DNA of 64,000 bases from Eukaryota sp. TZLM1-RC. Lineage: Eukaryota; Protista; Metamonada: BaSk clade. Below are positions 11,962 through 21,626 of this stretch, piece after piece; the first letter of the stretch is position 1, and each line of letters starts with the position of its first letter. The stretch is from positions 5,981,784-6,045,783 of the forward strand of contig JAUPSS010000004.1 of the NCBI GenBank assembly GCA_040285825.1, in the 5' to 3' direction. The position numbers and the translations under genes were made by a program. A model generated the notes under the pieces. The model did no database searches, had not been told where the DNA came from, and saw nothing but the letters and a program-made list of their open reading frames with translations.

Positions 11962-12520
11962 TCTTAACTTTGAAATTTCAGTTTCCAGTTTAGACATTGT
12001 TGATTGGTGATCAGAAACTTGCGATTGTAAATTAACCAACTCTAACTGCTGGTTGACCGCCTTGCCATCGTGATTGCTTTTCAGCTCAGTTATTAACCTT
12101 TCCTTTTCAATCAAATCATTTTCAAGTTCGGAAAGCTGCAGACTCTGAGATTGAGTAGCTTCATTTAATTTAGATACTTCACACTCAAGTTGCTGGTTTA
12201 GTGATTGAACACTGCTCATTTCTTGGTTAAGTTGTGATATGTGCGCATCATGAGAGTGTAGAGACGACAGAGCAAGGGAAAGAGAGGACTGTAGTTGAGA
12301 TTCAATTGAGGTAAGTTCTGCATTGATATCATGGCGAAGGTCATTGAGATCAGAACGAAGGGAGAACGCATTTGAAACCTTCTGGAGTGTGTCTGGAGCG
12401 AAAAATACATCACTTACTTGTGGAAGAGGAAGATTATGTGATTTGCAGTAATTTTTGATAAGTAGTGATTGTGTGTTTAAGCTGAATCACCTTGGTTTGT
12501 AAAGAATTGAGTTTAGACAT
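11962..12520 (-). pseudogene. Inverted partial duplicate (5' part) of the coiled-coil gene at 1-822
   Basis: 11962-12081 is the reverse complement of window 1-120 at 119/120 identity (one synonymous CAA/CAG change). ATG at 12520 (MSKLNSLQTK), one +1 A at about 12441, truncated after EISKLR. Confidence 0.85.
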
Positions 12521-12775
12521 CGCCTAATAACACAAAACGTCAAACAGTGGTAACCTGTTGAGATTGATGGAGGACGTGGATAAAATGAACTGAGATGCTG
12601 AACTACTCAGTTGGAGAATTCTTACAAAGTAAATGGAAAGTGTGGGAAAGTGTGGGAATAGTGAAAACCTCCCAAAACCAAGTTGAGGGTTAAAAACCTC
12701 CCAGAATAGGCAACCAGAAGTCGAAAATGGGTGACAAGTGTAAAATTTGATAGATGAGCTCTTTATTCTCACTAC

Positions 12776-14737
12776 ATGTCAGACACCCCCTCTGTATCAC
12801 GTGTATTCACTCGGTCTTGTGCACTTAACTCGCTGCTGACCCCTGCAGCGGTGCAACAAATTCGGACTGACCTTCCTGTGGTCACCGAGATTTGTCATGA
12901 AGCTTCTTTATTACTTCAATCTTTTCTTCTAAATTTTCCGTTGGCATCAAGAGCTTTAGTGGAACAGGATGTATGGTATCTGTTTATGACCGTCATCACC
13001 ACTGGTTCTTTTCCAAAGCCTTCCACATCTAAAGGCCAACGCCAATTACTCCATATCTTTTTACAATGGATTTCTTCCTGAATGCCCACAAGACAGGTCT
13101 CTTGTTTCTGTGTGGGAAAATTCTTTAGTGCCTTACAGAAATTCATTCAATCTTTTCCTCAATGATTGGCTGCAGTCCCAGAACTGTAATTTTATCAATA
13201 GAAAAGGGCTTTCTTCTTATCTTGCCTGTCGTGCTCGTCAATTGGCCTCCAACGTTAAGACATGTTTACCCAAAATTTGTCAATCCTGGACAAAAAACTT
13301 TATTCGTGCTCATTGTAGAGCCCTGAATAAAACAAATGTCTTTGCAAATAATATTCTTTCACTTTTGCCAGATGAACTACTAGCCCAACCCGAGGAAGTA
13401 GTAGTTGATTCTGTTCTTGAATACCTCATCAATTTCAATTTGAATAATTCAAGAGAAAGATTTTTTTTATTGAATGCATGTAGGTTTATCTTGAATCTCT
13501 TTCAAAGATTTCCTACCACTGCCTCCCTACTGTCCTCACATGATAAAATCACTTTTTCATCAAAGGAAATTAGTGAGCTTTTTCTCTTCAATCTTAAAAT
13601 TTCACAATACTTACTCACTTTCTTTTCTCATATGCATTGCTGGAAGAAATTTAGAATAATACCTTTAGCTTCTCATAAAGGTTCTAAATTTATTGAGGTA
13701 CCTTCACAAATTTTCCACTCTGTGAAAAAAATTTCCAATTATTGAAGGATCATCTTCCAAAACAAAGTTTATCAAAAATACATGTCTGAAACGAGTATTC
13801 AAACAATGTCCTTACCAAAAATTCAATATCAACAGAAAAAGTTTGAAAAATAGATTTAACAAAATTTTATTGAAAACTAATGGTAATGAACTGCTTTTGA
13901 CCTTTGAAGGTAAAAATAATGACTCAGAAAAACACAGATGAGCTGGATGAACCACCGAAAAAGAAAAGAAGATCAAAAAGTGAAATGAAAAGTGACCCTA
14001 ATGCCAACAAAACCAGAGAAACACAGTTGAAGGGTACTAAAAAAATGCCCCGTCGAAGACGTAGACATCCAGTCGAAATTTTTACCTGAAAGGCCCCTTA
14101 TCGGCGTTGATCTTGGCCAATCAAGATTATGTGGTTACTTCTTAAATGATAATCAATGTGGAGTTATCCCTTGTCCAACTGGCAGAAGATACATGACAAA
14201 AAAATTCACCCAGTAAACACTCTCCCAACCAATATTCCGTTCAAAATTTCAACCAATATTTGAACCATTGGAATTTGGTCAGGAGGAAAGTGTATTTGGA
14301 AAGTAATCGCCAGAAATGGAAAATAATTAAATTTGATAACCGCAGACGAAAAGAGAGACGGTTCAGAGAGAGTCTCAACAAATTTCAAAGTCTGGCTGGA
14401 CATCCTGAAAAACTCTATCTTGCTGTGGGTTCTGCTAATTTCCCTTCTCATTGCCGAAAAGTCAATCGATATGGATCAGCAAGGGCTTTCAGAAAATGGT
14501 TGTGTTATCAAAAGGACGTGAAGCACTTGTCAACCAGTGAATTTAATACAAGCAAAATGTCAAGTTGTTGCATGGCCGAGAATATTCAAGCAGGCTCATG
14601 GCAGATGCGTATTTGTACTGAGTGTCAAATAGTATATGACAGAGATATTTCCGCTGCAAAAAAATATTCAAATTAAGAAGAAAGCGGAATTGTGGCCGGA
14701 AAGATACATTTGCCCAGATGCTCTGCTGAGGAGATGA
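12776..14737 (+). CDS. Fanzor (eukaryotic TnpB-family RNA-guided RuvC nuclease), 651 aa after correcting six +1 homopolymer shifts
   Basis: WED-like LKTNGNELLLTF; RuvC-I LIGVDLGQ (D at 14109-14111); LAVGSANF with G at the canonical E position; relocated RuvC-II SEFNTSK (E at 14539-14541); zinc finger SCC…CTEC; RuvC-III YDRDISAAKNI (D at 14644-14646); ends PDALLRR* at 14737. No nonsense substitutions are needed in the reconstruction. Confidence 0.9.
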
Positions 14738-14744
14738 ATAGGGA

Positions 14745-14880
14745 ACGTGAGCATACAGAAACAAAAACTTTTGAGACCGATCTACAAATACCTTAGTAGC
14801 ATTTGATAGATCCACTTAGATACATCAAGTCGCGAGGCTTTGTTCTGTGAATGCAGTAGGTGTATTTAAGTGAGGTAGCC
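14745..14880 (+). ncRNA. Candidate Fanzor omegaRNA scaffold
   Basis: Hairpin 14779-14789/14801-14812. A 14-bp stem 14813-14826/14859-14872 with two G:U pairs, enclosing a GCGA-tetraloop hairpin at 14827-14840. Pseudoknot pairings 14790-14793/14873-14876 and 14751-14760/14843-14854. It lies immediately 3' of the Fanzor stop codon. Confidence 0.7.
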
Positions 14881-14990
14881 CATTGATGAAGATCATGATT
14901 GTCTTTGTCAAATGATGCTACATGTCTCTTACAGCCTGTGAGTAGACATTGAGAAAGTTGAAAACAGGAGTGAATTTCACAGGGGAATGC

Positions 14991-17180
14991 ATGATAAGTG
15001 AAATTCACAGTACAGAAGCTTCCACTAATACCCTTTCTCTGCCTATCCAGGAAACCAGTGAATCTTTCCCTCTTCAACAACCATATAGACGAGAATCATC
15101 CATGCTTCATGATGCTACTTCCCCTCCTCATGCAAGCTTGTCTCCTTCAGCGATGTTACAGACCCCACATTGCTCGTTTTCCGATCTTTCGGATGCAAAT
15201 TATGGAGTCAAAAGCATTTCCAGTAACTCTGGCCACTCACTTCTCCTCACCTATTCTGGTGAGGTTTATAGTTGGGGGTTTAATGATTCAGGTCAAGTTC
15301 TATATGATGGACCCAGGTCAATCAAATCACCAATCAAATTACCCTTGACCAATATCATTTCTGTTTCAACTGGTCATTATCACTCACTTTCCCTCTCTTC
15401 TGAAGGTAAGTTATATGGTTGGGGATGTAATGATGATAACCAGATTGATATATCCAGTATTTCCTCACTACCAGTTACCCATATCGACATTCCTTATAAC
15501 ATCAAGGAAGTTTGTGGTGGTGAAGATGCTTCGTTTGCTTTGACCCAAGAAGGTCAAGTTGTCAAATGGGGAGTTGGTTTATCATTTGAATTAATAGAAG
15601 ATTTGAGTGATATTGATCATGTTTATGCATATGGTGATTCATTTGTAGCTATTGATGGTAATGGTGATTTCTTCTGTAAAATTGGAAACCATTTCATCAT
15701 TAAGATACCAGTTACCCAGTCCATAACTCCAAAACTGCCATTAAAAGGTTCTATTTCACTGATTGTAGATAGTGTTCAAACGTTTTTACCCCACGAAGAT
15801 ATTGATTTTGATGAGATTTTCTCTCTGTTTGTGATTGATATTGATGGTAATTTTTGGATAGTCGGTAACAACGAAGTCACCAAAAATCCAGATTTATCAA
15901 ATATTTTCTCGATTAGTATTTTTGATGGTTTTTGCTCTGCTATTAATACTAATCGTAAAGTTTTGGTGTGGAGTGCTTTAAATAGAATAAGTGATGTTTA
16001 TGCAAATACACTTGAACCAAGATGCATTGAAGCTTTCACTAATATAGAAGGCATTTCAGTTGGCAATAACTATGTTTTTGCCTACAACAAAAACACTGTT
16101 TGGGCTTGGGGAAGGAACGATAGAGGTCAGTTAGGTACAGGTGATTTGATTGATCGACCACAGCCTGTCAAAGTATTTGGATCTGAAATACTTGGCAGTT
16201 TACACTATCCTAAACAGCCTTTGGATAGAATGTTTAGTGGTCTAGCCAAATTAATTTACTTTGAATATTTACAATATTTGAAGAATTTGTTTGGTAACCA
16301 TCCCTATACAAAAGCCAGGTTCCTAACCAAATGTTCAATTAGCAAGAAAGTGGCTAAATTTACCAAAACAGTAATCGATGGTTTTAAATTTTTAAAAGAT
16401 CCTCAAGATTTAGAATCAAATGACAATATTTGTGATTTAAAATTGCGATTATCTACTGATTTTCAAGGTCCCAAAGTAATTAATACTAGAATTAAAAAAC
16501 TTGATGTTTACTTTGATGAAGTTGATTATGATCCACAATTATTGTCGTTTTTCCCAAATGTTGAGGTTCTTAAGCTTCATTCAGTTTTCAGTTCTGGTAG
16601 ACAGATTTCGTTAAACTTGACACATTTGTCAAATCTTAATTGTCTTGAGATTGATGGCAACTTCGATATAGAACAATTACCCACATCACTAGTGAAGTTA
16701 GTACTTAACAACTATAACTTTAGGGTTACTGACTTAAGCTATCTTACGTCTTTAAAAGAGTTTTTGGTGGTTTATTTTTCCCAAAAAATTTCAACTTGTA
16801 TGTTAACAGGACAAATACCTTTACCTCAATCCATTGTTAAATTGGAAGTTTGGTTGGACGAACCTGTTAATATTGAAGTACAATTACCCAACTTGAAGGA
16901 ATTAGTAATTCATTACGATGTCCCTAGCAATATTACTGAACAAAACTTTCCTTCTTTGAAATTCATTCAGTTGATTAAACCTTATGAGAATATTTTGTCA
17001 CATTCCCCCCTATTTCCAACAAAACTTAGTAATCAAGGTTTAATTAAATTTGTCAAACTAATCAAGAATGAATATTTAGTCGAATTATCTTGTTTTCCAT
17101 GGTGGATTCAGTATCGAGCCCAAAGGTTCTTGATTGACATTTTCAGTGATCATGTAGATGAGAAAGTTGTAGATTCTTAG
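14991..17180 (+). CDS. RCC1-repeat protein with C-terminal LRR/FNIP-like repeats
   Basis: RCC1 motifs HSLLLTYSGEVYSWGFNDSGQ, GHYHSLSL…LYGWGCN and VWAWGRNDRGQLGTGD. C-terminal LPTSLVKLVL, LPQSIVKL and LPNLKEL repeats. Start codon uncertain (14991, 15102 or 15153). Confidence 0.8.
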   Translation: MISEIHSTEASTNTLSLPIQETSESFPLQQPYRRESSMLHDATSPPHASLSPSAMLQTPHCSFSDLSDANYGVKSISSNSGHSLLLTYSGEVYSWGFNDSGQVLYDGPRSIKSPIKLPLTNIISVSTGHYHSLSLSSEGKLYGWGCNDDNQIDISSISSLPVTHIDIPYNIKEVCGGEDASFALTQEGQVVKWGVGLSFELIEDLSDIDHVYAYGDSFVAIDGNGDFFCKIGNHFIIKIPVTQSITPKLPLKGSISLIVDSVQTFLPHEDIDFDEIFSLFVIDIDGNFWIVGNNEVTKNPDLSNIFSISIFDGFCSAINTNRKVLVWSALNRISDVYANTLEPRCIEAFTNIEGISVGNNYVFAYNKNTVWAWGRNDRGQLGTGDLIDRPQPVKVFGSEILGSLHYPKQPLDRMFSGLAKLIYFEYLQYLKNLFGNHPYTKARFLTKCSISKKVAKFTKTVIDGFKFLKDPQDLESNDNICDLKLRLSTDFQGPKVINTRIKKLDVYFDEVDYDPQLLSFFPNVEVLKLHSVFSSGRQISLNLTHLSNLNCLEIDGNFDIEQLPTSLVKLVLNNYNFRVTDLSYLTSLKEFLVVYFSQKISTCMLTGQIPLPQSIVKLEVWLDEPVNIEVQLPNLKELVIHYDVPSNITEQNFPSLKFIQLIKPYENILSHSPLFPTKLSNQGLIKFVKLIKNEYLVELSCFPWWIQYRAQRFLIDIFSDHVDEKVVDS

Positions 17181-17304
17181 GTATAATTGATAAATTATTT
17201 TGTTTTTATCTATATTTATTGTATACTTTAGGAGACAAATTAGACTATCTTGGATGATTAAATTGAAATTGTGAAACAGCGCTCAAAATTAGATTGTTTT
17301 CGCC

Positions 17305-17430
17305 ATCTTTAAGATGGTTTCTGATGCAGTGCTTTCACTTGGAGAGATTGTATCTAGTTTTTTTATGTTGGACGAGATGGATTATTTTTATGTTGCCTTA
17401 TAAGTTGTTTAATGAACATTTGTATTTACA
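17305..17430 (+). mobile_element. Degenerate 3' tip of CRE-like family B
   Basis: aagatggtttctgatgc…gagatggattatttttatgttgccttataag matches the family B 3' end. Confidence 0.6.
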
Positions 17431-18426
17431 AGACAGTATTAATTTCAAATGATTAATCATTTAAGCTACCTTTATCTTAATTTTTTAATTTCTTGGTTAC
17501 TTCTGCAAATGAATTCACTATCTTTATCTTAAAATTGAAACTTGACCATCAAATCGAACTTCTGATGCAAAAGAATAAATGTTTATGCGGTAAAATTCTT
17601 CTCAGAATAGAATTGGTTGTTTCGTTACTCGAAATCTGAATCATCATAGATCAGTAGCGACTGAACAATCGAACAACCATTCGTTCAAGTAGGGTTAATC
17701 AACAAACAGTTATGTGAAAAGACAAACCACTTACAAAATAAAAATAGAACTTGGTACAAAATGTTGTGTTTATCACAAGTTACAACACTATCTACAACTT
17801 CACAACAACAGAGGGGGAGCTATTGCAAAAAAAATGACACAAAGTAGAAGATATACCAGTTTTGACAATTGTATTATAGTGATAGTTAGTTCAATATTCA
17901 ACAATGACTTTCTATTAAGAGTAAAAACATTTTCTTTCATAAATAATAAATGATGACAATTATTGAGGAATAAAAAGACCTCATCAGCCAATGTCCAGTG
18001 TTTCGTTATTGAAACTCAAATCTGAAACATAAATAATTAGTGAGTACTGTTAGTTTCAAATTACAAAAATTTTGATTGAAAACGAAATCTTTCAAACATT
18101 CAGCACCATAAATTTCATCATTTACTTTGTTGGAGAACACTGACTAAAAGTTTTTGACAATCAACATCGAAAATGTTGTTTTCAACAGATCAAAAACCGA
18201 TCATATTTTGACTGTTGAGGCTACATTGCTGCATCAACACCAAGATTGAATCAAGCAAAAATAGTTGTTTGTTTGATTATGGATGCAGTATTTTCAGTGA
18301 ATGGATAGAACACACAAAACTCAAAAACTGCATCATCGCTGATTCTACAAGTAAAAGTTCAAGAACACAGAAAAATGAGAGTGATCTTCAATTCCCACAT
18401 CCAAATTCTCTTTTTGATATAACGCA

Positions 18427-18774
18427 ATGAACCAAATAGACCAAGCCATCCATTACTACAAGCAGCAACACAGCAAGGTTCTCAACGACATCCGTATAGA
18501 TGAAGCCGAAGTTGCAAAGATTGATTCTGAAATAGCAGTTCTTCAACAACTTATTGATCAGCAAACTGCGGAACATGATTCCAAAGTGGATGAGAGAAAA
18601 GAGATACAAAAAGCCCTGGAATGTCAAAGATCCTCATATAAGGATGTCGTCTCTGATGTCAGGTCTCTTTTAAGTGATATTAATCGCAAAACTAGCAAAA
18701 ACATGAGAGCAGAAGCTAAACGGAAACCTGCCATTCCCAACAGAAGTGCTCTCACTCGGAAGTATGGCCGGTAG
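18427..18774 (+). CDS. Small coiled-coil protein, SSNA1/NA14/DIP13-like
   Basis: 115 aa. Gap-free heptad correspondence to SSNA1 as recalled, including K…R, the Y of SSY and LLS near the C-terminus. Confidence 0.55.
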   Translation: MNQIDQAIHYYKQQHSKVLNDIRIDEAEVAKIDSEIAVLQQLIDQQTAEHDSKVDERKEIQKALECQRSSYKDVVSDVRSLLSDINRKTSKNMRAEAKRKPAIPNRSALTRKYGR

Positions 18775-19178
18775 TCTGTCATTTCGACCTAGTATCTCTG
18801 TGTATTCTGTTTTTTACATTGTATCATAGCTGTATTTTATTCTTGTTCATGTTTATTTAAAACCAACCGTTGCTGTTTCTGATGTCTTTTTAACATCATT
18901 TTTACATACTTCTGGAATCATAACATCATCATCCATCACAATAAAGTTATTGGAAGTCAGTTCTATTGTTGTTCTAGGATGATATATTTCCTGATATTAC
19001 TATATTAGGAATATATTCTTTTGTTAACAGTATTTTAATTAAAAAAATCATTATTAATTTTACAGGCAGAATTACTTTCAAGTTTTATCTCAAACTGTGG
19101 ACTCAAGAATGGATAGCATTCCAATAATTTGTATCCATTTTCACGGCCCCTACCAGGCAACATCAATTCCTACCACGA

Positions 19179-20120
19179 ATGTATAATGTCCTTATCTATA
19201 TCATTCTATCCATTGTATTTGTACGTCTGTTCTTCTTCATTCTACCCTTTATGGTAGGTTTTATTTCCTACAATAACTTCAAACATAGATATCCCCCAGA
19301 CTCCTACGCCCTAGTCACTGGTGCCAATAGTGGTATTGGTCTTGAGTATTGTCGTTACTTTGCTTCCCAAGGTATTCATCTCATCATGATTGCTAGATCT
19401 CTACCTCGACTCAAGAATGCTGCTTCTGAAATACTGTCAACTTATGATGTCAATGTTGTTATCATCTCAGCCGATCTCAGTGATCCAGCCGCTGCTGCAC
19501 AGCAAATTATCTCCAAGTGTGCCAATTTGCCTGTTTCAATAGTTGTCAATAATGCTGGTTATTTGTTGTATGGTTCTTTTGGAGAAAATGAAATTGAGGA
19601 TGAAATTAAAAGCATTAACACATTAATTGTTTCCCATTTAAAAATATCCTTTTATTTTTATAAAAAACTAATCACTACCAAAAGAACAGGTTTAATTATT
19701 TTCATTAGCAGCATTTTGGCAGATATACCCCTACCCCAAGGCTATTCTTACAGCGCAGCAAAGGCATTCACCAGTTTATTTGGTGAAGGATTGTTTCATG
19801 ACGCTAAAAGATATGGGATTGATGTGGTTACAGTGAAACCAGGACCTGTTAAACAAACCAGGTTTCTGTCGCATGCACCTGGTATTCCTTCAAGTAGACT
19901 TTTCCGTTTGGTATTTGGTCTTCTTGGTTCAAAGGCCAGTACAGTGGTCAATATGTCAATTAGGTCATTGAGGTTTCAATTGGGGAGTGTTTATGTTGGG
20001 TGGGGGTCTTTTGTAGTTCTAGCAATGGAATGTTTATTGGGTAGAAGAGTGTTGGGCTTTGTGGCAGGAACATTGGGAAGGGCGTTTCCTAGAAGGCAGA
20101 ATTCCATGGATAGTTCCTGA
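19179..20120 (+). CDS. Short-chain dehydrogenase/reductase (17beta-HSD12 / 3-ketoacyl-CoA reductase-like)
   Basis: N-terminal TM helix, VTGANSGIG, VNNAG, catalytic S and YSAAK. Confidence 0.9.
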   Translation: MYNVLIYIILSIVFVRLFFFILPFMVGFISYNNFKHRYPPDSYALVTGANSGIGLEYCRYFASQGIHLIMIARSLPRLKNAASEILSTYDVNVVIISADLSDPAAAAQQIISKCANLPVSIVVNNAGYLLYGSFGENEIEDEIKSINTLIVSHLKISFYFYKKLITTKRTGLIIFISSILADIPLPQGYSYSAAKAFTSLFGEGLFHDAKRYGIDVVTVKPGPVKQTRFLSHAPGIPSSRLFRLVFGLLGSKASTVVNMSIRSLRFQLGSVYVGWGSFVVLAMECLLGRRVLGFVAGTLGRAFPRRQNSMDSS

Positions 20121-20363
20121 ATTTCTAATGTTTTTTCCTGATTGTTTGGGCTGTTTGTTGCTTTGGTAGCAATCACTTATTTGAATGAAACAGCTCAAAA
20201 TTGAATTATAAATAGTGAAACTTTTCATTTGAAAATTTTATCAAGGATTTGGTGAACTAAGCCAACCAATGTCATGTATTTCAATAGGTTATAATGGCTG
20301 TTCATTTTTCTGGAAACAAGTCACACTATAATTCATTAAAAATTCATAATATTGTATTATCCT

Positions 20364-21341
20364 TTATCGACTGAGCAGAACATCTTCCCAACCTGAAACT
20401 TTGCCAGTTACGACTAATAAACCAGCCAATCCCAAGCTAGCGTGCATTGGATCAGGTAAACTTTCAGGATTCTTAGCTACTGCAACTGCCCTGGGTGACT
20501 GGGAAACCTGATGTGTACAGGTAGAAATAAAATCAATCAAATTTGACTGCTTAAACAAATGTAAACTATCAGGATCCAAAATTGCTACAGTTGCCCCTAC
20601 CCAATAAGTATAACAACTATCGTCTGCTTTGGCAAGTCTTCCATGAAGCCCTTGTGTCTGTAGTCCATGTAGAAACCGCAATATCCTTCTTTTCACAGAA
20701 GTTATGAGATCAAGTTTGTTCATCAAAAACAATGATGCGATCGCACAAAACGTGGATCCAGCATGTGACTCACCATATGGTGTGGCACCAAAGCCACCAT
20801 CTATGTTGAGACATGTCATGATGTAGGAAGAGAGAAGATTTTGATCGAGGCACTCCCAACAAGATATGACGTCACAGACCACACATGCACAGTAGACAAA
20901 GCGCATATCTGATTCAGACCCCACAGAGCATGATATGCATCCATTGGGGAGTTGTAGAGCTTGTATATGAGATTTGAGTCCTGATCGATCTATTCTAGAA
21001 AGATCGTCACCTAATAACCTTAGTGACGAAATAGCAGAGTATGTCATAGCGATATTGGCAACAGAATGTGGTAAATCTGATGGACAAAGAGGTTTGGAAG
21101 TCCATGATGAAACAAAACCACCAGTAGGTGACTGTAACTGATATATAGCATCAATTGCGGCTTCTCGTTCTAGTGGTATATCCTTGTCTTCTTTTGTGAG
21201 TTTGGTTCCAATTAAACAGAAATGAATGAGTGTTATCCTGTTTGCATCTAAAGATTCAAATTGTCTGGGGAGCTGTTTCAGATATTGCGTGAAATAGTTG
21301 AAGTGTGAAGATAGACATAAGCGCGGTGACAGGTCAGACAT
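20364..21341 (-). CDS. PGGT1B: Geranylgeranyltransferase type I beta subunit
   Basis: SLDANRITLIHF, NIAMTYSA, ESDMRFVYCA, ESHAGSTFCAIASL, GRLAKADDSCYTYWVGA, PDPMH. ATG at 21341. Confidence 0.85.
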   Translation of the reverse strand: MSDLSPRLCLSSHFNYFTQYLKQLPRQFESLDANRITLIHFCLIGTKLTKEDKDIPLEREAAIDAIYQLQSPTGGFVSSWTSKPLCPSDLPHSVANIAMTYSAISSLRLLGDDLSRIDRSGLKSHIQALQLPNGCISCSVGSESDMRFVYCACVVCDVISCWECLDQNLLSSYIMTCLNIDGGFGATPYGESHAGSTFCAIASLFLMNKLDLITSVKRRILRFLHGLQTQGLHGRLAKADDSCYTYWVGATVAILDPDSLHLFKQSNLIDFISTCTHQVSQSPRAVAVAKNPESLPDPMHASLGLAGLLVVTGKVSGWEDVLLSR

Positions 21342-21626
21342 TTGGGAAAATTGTTGAAATTGTTTTGTTTTCAATTGAATTCATTTGACTTCGACATTGA
21401 TTCCGATTGAAAAACCCTGATTCAATGTAGATGACTTTGAGGCATAATAATTCAATTGTTGTAAAAGAAACCACACAGAAAGCCCAGTGAATTGGCTTCT
21501 ATCTGTGCCTTTATTTGAAATCAAATTGGTGTATGTAGTCACGTCATTCTTTTTGAGTGAAGCGGATTTCCTCCGTCGTGAGCATGAGCTAATAACAAAA
21601 TAATATCAAAGTGTGGTTGATGAGAC

